Assembly (NCBI GenBank): GCA_008632985.1
Contig: QPGO01000087.1
Span: 62,001-126,000 of the forward strand
Length of the DNA stretch: 64,000 nt
Reading direction: 5' to 3'
Source of the DNA: Psammoneis japonica
Lineage: Eukaryota
Shown: in pieces, positions 25,258 through 36,759 of the stretch
Position numbering within the stretch: position 1 is the first letter of the stretch
How the letters are laid out: each line of letters opens with the position of its first letter
Notes under the pieces: model-generated
What the model was told of the DNA's origin: nothing
The model's input: the letters and a program-made list of their open reading frames with translations, nothing else
Database searches by the model: none
Position numbers and translations under genes: made by a program

Positions 25258-26560
25258 TTACGCAGCGACGGATGCCTTGGTCGCTCGGTGACGGATCTCT
25301 CCCTCATGGTAGTCTTCGTGGGGATCGGTTGCCCCACCGAATGCCGTCGTCGTATCATGGCACTCCTCCAACAATAAGTCATCACTCCCTGCGGAGGCGG
25401 CGGCGAGGTCCGGAGGCAAGAGCTCGTCGTAAGAAACACGAACACCACTTTTCCATGTTGCCTTTTCTATTTGCTCGGGGCTTGGACTGCCGGATTTGAC
25501 GCTCACTGTCATATTCCCCGGGGCGGCTGTTTCGTCATTGATGCCATCCATATTCTGCTGCCGGCTTCTTTCATTAACGAGCATCGCGATTCCGGCAAGG
25601 GCCGTGATAAGTCCGAATGAATAAGATACGGCATCCGCAGGTAGGTTCATTTGCCGGTACTCTCCAAAGTAAAGCATGCCACCGGCAATGTTCAAACCGT
25701 TCAAGAAAGTTTGGTAGATAGGAACGGCTATCAACGCCTCATACCCGGCGAGGGCCTTGTTGAGGTACCCTACCTGCGTAAGCACACAACATACCGTCCC
25801 CGTCAAGAAGAAACAAGGCAACAAGCTGAATTCTCCCGTCGATGGGTAGTGCAGCAATCTGTTCAGAAATGCAAATGTGCCTCCTCCGTTATTATTTCCG
25901 TCCACGATCGCGTTCTTGATGAGTTCTGATAGGCTCTTGGCGCACAAGACGCTTTGACCACCGAAACAACCTGCCAACCCACAAAAGTCGACGACACCGT
26001 ACTTGTCATGCCCACCGTTAGTTCCGCCAAGTCTACCTTTTCTTCTTCGCTGTTTTGTCCTTTTGTACAGAAATGTTTGAAACACTATACACACCCCAAG
26101 GTAAGTCAAGAAGACTGCGTTGGTAAGCAGGGCGTAAAAGCTGTCTAGGTCATACTTCTGTTCGTCTGACGCCGCGTGGACAGCAGCAAAGATTGTGCCG
26201 ACGTAAATGAGGGCGGTAGCCAGCAGCACATTGACAGTCACCTTCTCTGATTTGGTGCCGTGAAAGAGCGGCGCCAGTACCAGGTTGAAGCCGAGCGAGA
26301 GAGATCCAAGGGGTCCCAGCAGAGACTGTGGCGCCAATCCTATCAATACAAAGTCACCACAAGCGTCTAATACCAAAATCGTCATCCCCAACACCCACAG
26401 CGGCTGCCTGTGAGGAGGGCGAGGTTTGTTCGCGGATTCTTTCTTCTTGGCCGCTACATGGTTCTTCCTCGCGCCCCATGCTGAACTTTTGCAGGTTGAC
26501 GCCGACGGCCCCCATGAATGACAGAGTCACGCTCCACGTTACCGCTAACCAAACTCTCAT
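25258..26560 (-). CDS. NIPA-family Mg2+ transporter (DMT superfamily); one frameshift near 26460
   Basis: N-terminal GAVGVNLQK, then in the other frame RQPLWVLG..GDF....APQSLLGPLGSLSL.FN, QVGYLNKAL, VPIYQT, GGMLYFGEY. Confidence 0.85.
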
Positions 26561-27328
26561 TTTGCCTGAGCTACTCTTACTGTATGGTTTCGCTTATTCT
26601 CGTACGGTACGGTATATTGTGAGATTGTTCTCACTATTATTTGTATACCATATAATGTTCAGCACTGGCTGTTTTGATGCTTTTTGTGCTTTTCGTCTGT
26701 ATTCTTTCGTTGCACTTTGTTGGCCCTATCTTTGAATTTGTCTATGAGGTTGTTGTCGTCCCGAAATCGTTTCGGCAAACGACGGCATCATTCTTCATCT
26801 AATTGTATGAGCGCGCAGAAAAGAGCCAAGCAAAACGGCCCCCACCAAAACTTAAATTCAATTTTTTATTATTTACTGAATAGAAGCTGAATATTTCAAA
26901 TGGTTATAGGCTTCTTGCTATTGAATGACTGAATAACTTTAAACGACGATAGTCAAAACAAAAAGATACACTAATAAATTTAATAGAGCATTGCAACAAA
27001 AAACGGCGGTAAAACTAGTGGTCGTGCCGAAAAACTAGAAATAAGTATATACGTACTTATGATTTTAGTTTCCATTTGTATGAGCGATTATGAACAAAGA
27101 TAGTATACTCAAGTATAAAGAATAAATAAGCTCAACGTACATTAGGAGGATCAATAATTGTCTAATTTTTTGAACTACTACGTAAGGGCGGCCCTTCCGA
27201 GAACCCTACAGTCAGTATGTACCGGTACTGTAGGCCTACCGGTAGATAATAAAAAATTGGAAAAATACGAGAACAATAATTTTCTTCTTGTAACTGTATG
27301 GGGTAGGGCCCACTAAACTTCATCAACA

Positions 27329-28579
27329 ATGGCTTTCGTTACAGTCGTCGATGAAAATTATCCACCAGCTCCAGTGTTGCTGCTATCGAAAAGTATAGAT
27401 GTATTCTGCGGCAGCGCAAATTTTTTTCACTGCCAAAACTGGCGTGACTTGCTTCCGTCTCAGCTGTTGGAAGTCAGTGGACTGTCTTACAGAGTCGGCG
27501 ATGTATCAGAGGCTATTCCTGACACGCTCTCGTATGTGAATTTTTTGGAATCAACTGGTGCGGAGCACTCGCTCGGTAGCGTATGGAATTATGCCTTTGA
27601 GACGCCCTCAACAGATTTGTCGGTGGTTACAACCCCGCTCGCAATGGTGGTGCTATTGTTTCTTGTGTTGCTATTAAGGGCAATTAAGGGTGTCCTGCTG
27701 CCTTACTTTTCGAGCCATGGTCGCCGAGTTGGTCGCCATACGCATGGAGTGGATTGGGAGAAGAAAAACGAGGACCGAATCGTCAAGTTTGGTGAATACA
27801 GTTTTCGTCTCTTGTTCCACACGGCCATGAGTGTGGTTGGGATCTGGTATTTTTGGGACAAGGAGTGGTTGGATGCGACCCGTGGAGGAACCAAGAACTT
27901 ATTCGATAACTACCCGCTCGATAGCACTGATGTAGGGATGACTTGGTATTATTTGATCCAGTGTACTTACAATTTGGACGCACTTGTTTCACTCGTGGAA
28001 CTTAGCTTTTCGGTCGAAATGAAGTACCCTTTCAGTTCTGGTGGCACCTTTTCAAGTCCTGTGAGCATTGGTTGGTCCAAGACAGTTCGAGGTGACTTTC
28101 GAGAAATGGCGATTCATCATTTACTGACGAATCTATTGGTGATTGGTAGCTCCCACTTCCATTTCACAAGGATTGGATCCTTGGTTTTTTTAGTTCATGA
28201 TATCAGCGATGTATCTGTCGATCTTTGCAAACTTGCCAACTTCTTGAAATGGAAAATATGCACCATTGTTGCATTCACCAGCACCTTACTCTCATGGCTC
28301 ACCCTTCGATTGGGCGTTTTCCCATTTGTCATAATCAAGTCGATTGCCCGGGAAAGTTGGATGACGACAAAGAATTTTGACGCCAGCTGTTATCATTGTT
28401 ACCTCCCGTTCTTTCTTTGTTTCTGCCAGCTCCTGGCCTTGTTACATCTCTTTTGGTTCTTCACACTACTGAAGATCGGTTGGCTCTTGGTGACCAAGGG
28501 CGAACGTCATGACCTGACAGAGCATAAGAACGGGGAGACGACTCGAGACTCCGAACCACATTCTTTTTCCAAGAAGTAA
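27329..28579 (+). CDS. Ceramide synthase (LAG1/TLC family), copy 2
   Basis: Near-identical paralog of 13957-15219 with an intact Lag1 motif (HH...HDISD). Confidence 0.9.
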   Translation: MAFVTVVDENYPPAPVLLLSKSIDVFCGSANFFHCQNWRDLLPSQLLEVSGLSYRVGDVSEAIPDTLSYVNFLESTGAEHSLGSVWNYAFETPSTDLSVVTTPLAMVVLLFLVLLLRAIKGVLLPYFSSHGRRVGRHTHGVDWEKKNEDRIVKFGEYSFRLLFHTAMSVVGIWYFWDKEWLDATRGGTKNLFDNYPLDSTDVGMTWYYLIQCTYNLDALVSLVELSFSVEMKYPFSSGGTFSSPVSIGWSKTVRGDFREMAIHHLLTNLLVIGSSHFHFTRIGSLVFLVHDISDVSVDLCKLANFLKWKICTIVAFTSTLLSWLTLRLGVFPFVIIKSIARESWMTTKNFDASCYHCYLPFFLCFCQLLALLHLFWFFTLLKIGWLLVTKGERHDLTEHKNGETTRDSEPHSFSKK

Positions 28580-28779
28580 ATGTCAAGGTAAATTGCTGGC
28601 ATTCATGATGCCTGTGCAATGCGGCGCAGTTGGAGTACGACTACTAAAGATAGCCTTAAGTTAAGAATGGACATTAAAGAATTTCCTTCTTTTTCAACAA
28701 CATTGAAGGGAACTATCACAAGTCATGCCTTGCCGATGCATTGAAGTCGGTCGAAAAGATTAGCACAAAGTATCGGTCG

Positions 28780-29571
28780 TCAAGCTATTTTGTTGCGAAT
28801 TTTACTCTTTCCCATGTGTGCATTACTTGACTCATCACAAGAAATGAGGGGAACTACATCGCACCAATAGTCCACCTTAAAAGGAATCTGTAAGGCTTCA
28901 CATCGACAGCACACGATAAACATGCCAGCGCAGTATGCACCACAGCCAGAGCACAAGTGCCAAATGATATGAGGGGTAACGCCAAATTTCGAGTACTTCA
29001 ACACCAGATCACAAAATAGCATGTCTAGAACCCAGCATGAGGTGGCCACCATCACATAAATTGTGAATGAGGTTCGAAAGATTCGCTTTGCGTCTTCTCC
29101 CGCAACTGCCATTAGTCGGTACGTTTTGTAAAGAAAGTAGGTCACCATGCTTGTAAATGTCGAAAGAAAGACCCAATAGAGGTCTTGCCAGCCATAGTAG
29201 ATCACAGTATACACCACTGCAATTCCAAACCCAGTGTATGCGAGCCATGGCCGATAAGTTGTGGTTTCCAAGTCAAGCATGCAATAGAGAAGACTAATCA
29301 TAATGTAAACCATTGGGATTTCGTCGCTGCTTTGCCACATCCAGTGCAGGGTTGCGTGCAAGAAACTGCTTCCGATCCCCGTCACTATCAATAGTATATG
29401 AAATATGCGAAAGCGCCACAGATGCAATGGGTCCTGGATTAATCCAAGAATTCCAAAGCCCGTAATCAGCCAACTAGACCAGGTGTTGTGAAACTCCACC
29501 ACGTAGTCGCTAAACCTGTGATTTTCCTCACAGAAATCAATGCTTGACGAGAAGGGCTCCCAGTACCCCAT
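28780..29571 (-). CDS. Alkaline ceramidase (ACER3/YPC1-like, CREST family)
   Basis: MGYWEP..SSIDFCEEN, EFHNTWS, GIGSSFLHATL, DEIPM, HIIWH zinc-ligand motifs. Confidence 0.9.
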   Translation of the reverse strand: MGYWEPFSSSIDFCEENHRFSDYVVEFHNTWSSWLITGFGILGLIQDPLHLWRFRIFHILLIVTGIGSSFLHATLHWMWQSSDEIPMVYIMISLLYCMLDLETTTYRPWLAYTGFGIAVVYTVIYYGWQDLYWVFLSTFTSMVTYFLYKTYRLMAVAGEDAKRIFRTSFTIYVMVATSCWVLDMLFCDLVLKYSKFGVTPHIIWHLCSGCGAYCAGMFIVCCRCEALQIPFKVDYWCDVVPLISCDESSNAHMGKSKIRNKIA

Positions 29572-29969
29572 GATGACGTTCCTACAGCCCAGCAACAAGA
29601 CGACGACGAAGCTCTTGACCGAAAGAAAAAGACAACAACACCAGTGATGGTTGGATGTACAATACACGAGTACAACGGCAGAAGAGAGAAGCAATAGCCA
29701 ATGCAAATACGGTAGCAAAAATAATAAAAAAAGCAAAAAAATGCGCGGTGTGCGGTGTGGCGCGGTATAATCAAATAATACAATGCTGGAGGAGTCGTCG
29801 TCGACCGCGGACCCGCGCTTTTTTGGTCGCACTTCCTTTCAGCACAGCACACAAGGGGGCAAATCTAGAGCCTACGATGTGTCGAAATGTGTGGCGTGGC
29901 GCGGACGTCAGATTTATTGAGTGGCTTGTTCTCGAAGATAATCGATGTTCAAAACAAAATAAATTCAAT

Positions 29970-32830
29970 GCCTGACATGAACAAAAAGTGACACATGGCA
30001 CAGCTCATCTCACTGACCACCTGGTCAAGTGACACCAAACTTTCATTTGTGAGTGAGTGTGTGGCTCAGTGCCAAGATCGGTCGCAGGAATGTGGCAGTT
30101 TGTTGCGGACCACCCGGGTTCTGACCAGAGTTTGCATGTTGCAATGTGCAGTGATTTTGGCATCGACTTGTGCAAAAGTGTTGTGAGGGGGCTGGGACCT
30201 CTCGTGTGATGACTCCGCTGCACACTTTGTGCTGTCCCCGCTGCTGTGTCACATGATCCTTCATGCACACACACCACATGGCATTGGCACACAAATCAAC
30301 TGCTGCTTGTTTCCATTCTCGTTTCTGCACATTTCTCATGTTCTGCATGAGCATGGTGGTCAGCACCCCCCGAACCCGAAAGCTTGTTTTCTTGCCGCCA
30401 ACTGTGCTGCAGAGATGCACAAGAAATCTGGGAACAAATTCCAAGATGCAACAAGAAGAGGGAACACCAAAAACAAAGAATTCATTTAAGGTCAAGGAAT
30501 TTCTGCCATGCGCAGGGGGGAAAGTCCTGCAAAATGCTCCACATGAGGATGAAGAAGATGAGGATGATGCCACTTCGTGCTCATTTGTTGAAAAGGTGCC
30601 AAGCAAACTGGGAGGAAACCAAAGCACAGGCACAAGCATTTGAACTGGCAGCAGCCAACACTTGGAAAAGCTGGGCCATGCTGGGGAGCTCCACTCTCAA
30701 CCCTTCAACCACCAGGGGAGTGAGGGCTTGTGGTGTGTCGTGCACTTTTGCAATGACACAATGGACACAGCACAAAAATGTCATGTCGTGCAGAATCCAC
30801 GCAAAGTGTGCCACGTGCATTTGCTCATTGGGAGCAAATCTCCACCGGCAGAGATAATTTGCTCCAAGGGTGTGGCATTGTTGCTCTGTTTGTGACAGCA
30901 GCTCATGACACAACCTCCATTGTCAAAGGTTGAGATTTAGCTCCCTTGTGTTCGCCAATGAAGCTTGCAAAAAATCCGGTGTTAAAAGTCGACATTGAAC
31001 TTTCTAAATTGCAAAAAGGGTTCCCCCAGATTTTCGGCGATGCATGTTCCAAAACAAAATTGGGCGAATGAAATGTCACCCATGTCTGCAATTGTTTCAT
31101 TTGCTGTGTTTGTGACACAAGGGAGCAAATCTCCACCCATGGAGATTTGCTCAAGTCTGGTGGTTGAAGGGTTGGCATGTCACATGCCACTGGAATCACC
31201 ATTTGTGAGTCCAGCGAGTGAGCTTCGTCCACATCTCCTGGCATTCAACTGACCAAACATGGCACAAACAAAGTCAACAAACTCAAGCAATGGAGACATC
31301 CTGATTGGCTCAATTTGTGTCATCATGGTTGGACTTTAATTCTGGGTTGGCAAATGAAAAAACATTTGCGATGTCTTTGGAATGTCAGCGAACTCAGAGT
31401 CAAACATGTGGATGATGTCACAAGTTTCTTGAAGCCACAGTGTCAACAACACAGGGTTGCTTGCACTCAATTTGACTGTTTTTCATCCTGGCTCAGAAGA
31501 ATCTGAAAACACCAGCAGCAATCACATGGAAACAAAAAGCAACAGCAGCAATGATTCTCTGAGAGGGTTGTGCCAGCCTGGTGGCTGATCTGTGCGATGA
31601 TCTTTCTTTCCAGCTTGGCCGCCCTGCTGAAGGCCCTGACAATGTGAGCACAGCCAGAGAGCACCTTTTTCTGCACTCAACAGGTGCCAATGCACAGATC
31701 AACAAGCTTGGGCAGCTCCACCTTGGAAAAAACAAGAGTTCACATGATGCACAATTTGTGTCTTGCAGCAAAGCAGTGCAGCACATCTGGCATGAGCTGA
31801 CAAGCTGGACATTGGAGCCAAACAAAATCATGAGTGCCAACAAAAACAAAGCATGAAGCCACACATCTGACAAAAAGTGCAAAGTGTTTCTGGCAAAAGC
31901 GGGTCATCAAATTGTCTCAATGTGCCATTGCAAGCACAATTTTTAGGGTGCTTGCATTGGCTCACAAAAAGGACTCTGAAAGAGGAGCAGATGAGGATCT
32001 CCAGCAGTTGACCAAGACTTTCATCTTGCAAATGTCCCTGTTTTGTGCTGCCCCAAGATGTCAGTGACATTCAAAGGTGACAAAGAAGCTTCGGTTGGAG
32101 AGCAGCACAGCTGGCCGCCACATCAACAACTGTCACTCTGCAAAATTGCAAAAGAAGAAAAAACAAACAAAATTTCTCCAGCTTCTTCAAAAATGCAGAC
32201 AACCAAAAACCCACAAGAACAACAAATGCAAGATTGAGTGTTTGGCTGCTGACAATGACCACACAGCAAGGCACAGCACTGTCAGCCAGTGCTGTGTTGT
32301 TTGTGAGCAACTGAGCCGCTGTCTTGATCAAAAAAGCTCAAGCTCTGCATGCAATGACAAAACCAAGTTTGCAAAAATGTGATTTGCTGCCAGTTGATGT
32401 GCAACAAAGCTTTTCCAATGTTGTGCCACTTTGGATGACACCCACCTTCTCAAGCCTCAACAAACATGGCTCTCACATGAGCACCCGCCCTTTTGTCCAA
32501 TGATTGGGCAAAAGCCCTGTCACATTGGAAAGCTTTTGACATGTTTTTTTTTTTCATTTAGCATTTTGTGCAATGACATGAGTGTTTTAGATGTCAAATT
32601 GTCTCATGGGTTTGGATGCCAAAATGACAGCAAGTTGAGAGACTGCGAGTCTCAGAAATTGACACACGCACACGCACACACACGCACACACTGCCTGCAC
32701 ACACCACACACACACCTGGTGGTGCAGTCAACTCTGACAGCCACATCTTGTGTGCATCACTTGGGATTCCCAAACCCTGCCCTTTGCAGACAGTTGAGGC
32801 TCAGAGGAATCGACCTGCATGCCCTAGAAG
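29970..32830. repeat. CpG- and TpA-depleted degenerate block C
   Basis: Same dinucleotide signature. Fragmented ORFs of unidentified origin. (CA)n-like tract at about 32663-32715. Confidence 0.75.
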
Positions 32831-33526
32831 CTCAAAGGAAGGAGGGACAATCTTTCGATTGAACGATGATTCGCCAAAATTTCCGCGAGGAAGTGCAAAG
32901 CACCGCAGTCGTACGTGCAGCAGTACCGGTAGTCGCGTACATCTGGCGTACATGCTGCTATTACTATCATATCTTCTGTACTCGCTCTCCCTCGCTAATT
33001 ATTATCTACACTCGCATATACAACATAGAGTCTGTACCGGGCGATAGAGGTGCGCTACATTATCAGAATGCACGATAGTATTGAAAGAATGTTTTTAATG
33101 TAGAGAAAAGACGCAAATACCGTTCAATTTCAAGTATCAAATGTACAGTACAAAATGTCCGTTGACAAAGAATCCCACATATTATTGTTTCTTCATGCAT
33201 GATGTATTGATGCTATTAGTAAACGAAGCAAACGAATACTATGATAATGACGACGACGACTCTCATCTCCTCAAGTGCGCGCGCAAAACAAAAGAATGAC
33301 GGTAAAAAGACGTTATCCTTAAAAATTTAGCCTATGTACCAGGATTTGCTGTAGATTCTACGGGAGACTGCTACCGGTCAACCACGCACACACCAGGGCG
33401 GGAGCGAGGATGAAGTGGCAGTTGTTGGTTGTTGTTGCCCGTCGATCGAGCCGCTGATAAAGCAAGTCGTTAGAATATACCATAGTTCGCTTTCAACATA
33501 TCGTCTTTTAGTGCAGCTCGGTTATA

Positions 33527-36500
33527 ATGTCTACTAGCAATAGCGAGCCCGATTTCGTTTGCAGCGAATCGCTAGATCCATTATTCCTTGAATGGCTGTC
33601 TTCGGGAAGGGGCTCTGGGCGTCTTGTTGAGAATGGAGGTCAAAACTCAGGAGACCGTGTTAAAGGAGTCCATGGAGAACAGACCGACGCTGTTGAGAAC
33701 AGCGAGCGTGTCTCGGCACCGCCTCAGTGCGAACATCCTGGTGTCGAGGAGCAGTTCTCAGTGGAATGGACAACGGAAAGCTCCTGTGAAGAGGCGAAAC
33801 AGACCAGCTCTTTGGGACTGAGCGACGTGAGTCTTTCTGAGGATCGAGGTCAATGTATCAGAGGCCAAAGAGAACAAATCGACGCTGTAGAAACAGCCAG
33901 CGCTCCGCGGTACCGCTGCAGACAGAGCAAACTGGATCTGAGGGACTCTCCGTCGAAGTAACAAAGGAAGCATTTTACGACGAGCGAAGCGATGAAGAAA
34001 CGCAGATTACATCCAGCAACAACAGCTTGTCGTCTGAAGAGGAAGAAGAAAGGGACTGTTGGAAGTAGGCGGAAGTCGATGTCGATATTCGCGGTGTCTC
34101 GAAGCCTACGCAAGGATTGTCCTTAAGTTACACAGCTGGATTAACAACAAGTGGCTGATACCAATGGTTACACATGTTGTATTGAATCCAATGTTGTACA
34201 TTGTGATTGTTCTATCCATAAGTTTCGCTATCCCGGTTTCGCGGTGGCAACAGGATCCGTTACTACGGAAGTCGTGGTGGATAAAATGGCTCTTTCTCAG
34301 CAATCGTATCCGATTCGCCAACAGAATTGGATCCAAGAAACTTTCAAGTTAGAGAGGTATACCCAAGTCTTGATTCATGACTCTGGGCGAAGTGTACTGA
34401 CGTACGAAGCGGTGCAGCGAGCTTTTCAACTTCTCGATGGAATCGTTGGAACAGAGAGCTATGCCGAGATTTGTGAAACCCAAAAGCGCTGTCAAGTAGG
34501 CTCAGTGACACGCTTTTGGGACAGCAGAGAAGACTTTGAAAGCATGAGAGAAGAGGCCATAAGCGCTTCGGAACTGGACAGAGCTGTCCGGCTTGGCCTC
34601 TCTTCGTCTACTTTGGCGGATGGCCGTCCAGTGACTCGATCGCTCTTCTTTGGTCGCCCAGAAACAGCAAACTCTACCTCACAAGACCAACGGGAAACGG
34701 TCCCTGATGAACTGCTGTACGCGGCTTCCTTGCGCTTTATTTTGTCTGCCGACTTCTCCAACAAGGCGGAGGAAGAAGAAATCAAATACATGGAGGAAGC
34801 TTTTGGCCATGTTGTGGAGAACTTGCAGAAACAGTTTGCGGAGGAAGGCTCCGCACTGAAGATTGAAATTTCTGCTCGCCGAATCGAGGACAATGAGTTG
34901 GAGGGGCCGATCTTTGATGACATGCCACTTGTTTACGGCACTTTTGCAATCATGGCAGTGTTCACCATGTTGGCATTCTCTCGCTTTGGACGGAACAAGA
35001 AGGGGCAGCGATTTGTTGATTCCTCGGCGCTTCTGGGACTTGGAGCAGTTGTTACTGTTGCGCTTAGCATGGTCACCGGCTATGGAATCTGCGCTCTGTG
35101 TGGATACCCACTGACGATGCTGACTCAGTTGCTTCCTTTCGTGTTGCTAGGCATCGGCCTGGACGACGCATTTGTAATCGTAGGGACTTTTGAAGTCACG
35201 GACAAGAAACTATCGATCGAGAAGAGATTTCAAAAAATGACAGAGTTTGCCGGACTAAGCATCCTCGTTACAAGCTTGACAGACTGCACGGCCTTTGCTC
35301 TCGGCGCCGCCCTCACAACGATGCCGAGTCTTCGTTGGTTTGCTTTTTATGCCTCAATGTCTATCTTGATTGATTTTCTTTACCAGTTGACCTTCTTCAT
35401 TGCACTGATGGCTTTGGATGAGAAGCGGAAGGCGTTGGAGCGATATGATTGCCTTTTCTGTTTGAAGGCCCCGATGGCAAAACTATCCGTCGAATCTTTT
35501 GATGCTTGTACAACGAAAACCGAGAAGAAAGAAAGCTGGCAGACGAGGGCGATGCGGGCCTATGCTCGCTTCCTATTCAAGCCATTGACGAAAGTTGCAG
35601 TGCTTCTCGGTTTCTTTGGGTTGTTTGGATACCTGGCGTACTCCGCGTCAACTGTGGCCGTTCGCTTTGACATGACAGAGCTAATGGCCGACGACTCTCC
35701 AATAACTGCGTACATCAACGCCGACCTTAACTATTTTCAAAAAGACGGGGGAGCCAGCCTGGTGTCGCACGTCTATTTTCATGATTTGAACCAGTCTAGC
35801 GCCTTGGTTCGTCAAGAAATGCATGACTTTGTTCAAGACCTATACGATCTTGGGTACGCGGAAGAGTTCCCAGCTCGTTTATGGACGAAAGACTTTGAAG
35901 CTTTTGTGGCATCTCGGTCAGACCTTTCTGATCTGCCATTTGATATGCAGCTGGACGCCTTCCTCAGCATTGATGCATTCAAGTCCTTGTATGCTAAAGA
36001 CATTGTGTTTGACGAAGAAGGATCCATCCTCGCTTCGCGAGTTGGAATGACTCTTGATGTGGGAAGGTACGATACAGTGCGCCAGGTTGACTTGCTCATG
36101 GATCAGCGCAAGGCAACAACGGAGAACCCGGTTAACGCGGAGAACCCTCCCCCGAAAAGTGGTGTAGACAGAATGTGGTTATTCTTCAGTGAATTCCCGC
36201 TCTACTACCATTATTCTATACTTACGTCGGAGTTGGTATCCGCCATAGTGATGGAGCTCGTGGCAATTGCGATCATTGCCGCTTGTTTCTTTCCCCATCC
36301 TTCCGGCACGGTTCTTTCAGTCGTTGTCGTTGCAATGGTGAATGTGGAGCTGGTCGGAATTCTTCCCATTGCTGGTTTTTATTTCAACACGTTGACATTT
36401 GCTCTTCTCATCATGGCTATTGGGCTTGTTATCGACTACTGTTTGCACGTGATTGATGCATACTTGCGAGTGCCACTGCACCATTGTTACTGCCGAAGAA

Positions 36501-36729
36501 AGAGGATGGAAGAAGCTCTGGTGGAAATTGGATGGCCGGTAATGTTGGGCGCTTTCTCCACGTTGCTGGAGTTATGGCTCTGTCATTGTCCGAAAGTGCG
36601 GTGTTCCGAACCTTCTTCATAATGTTTTTGTCAATGGTACTCCTTGGTGCCGGGCACGGATTGATCTTCATTCCCGTGGTTCTGAGCATGTGTGGGCCAA
36701 AGAAAGATGTTATAGCTTATAGCACATGA
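33527..36729 (+). CDS. NPC1/Patched-family sterol-sensing-domain RND protein; about four frameshifts (near 33940, 34060, 34235, 36560)
   Basis: PFVLLGIGLDDAFVI, SILVTSLTD..AF, DFLYQLTFFIALMALDE, MAIGLVIDY..H. The terminal helices (FRTFF...GAGHGLIFIPVVL) and the first TM helix lie in other frames. Confidence 0.8.
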
Positions 36730-36759
36730 AACTCCATAGAAAATAGAAAAGGTTCTGTC

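Noticed and set aside
27219..27245. Short palindromes (gtaggcctac, taccggta) upstream of ceramide synthase copy 2
   Set aside because: Too short to distinguish from chance.
29572..29832. Hydrophobic N-terminal extension of the ceramidase ORF
   Set aside because: Family similarity starts at MGYW (29571), and the upstream part looks like low-complexity UTR.
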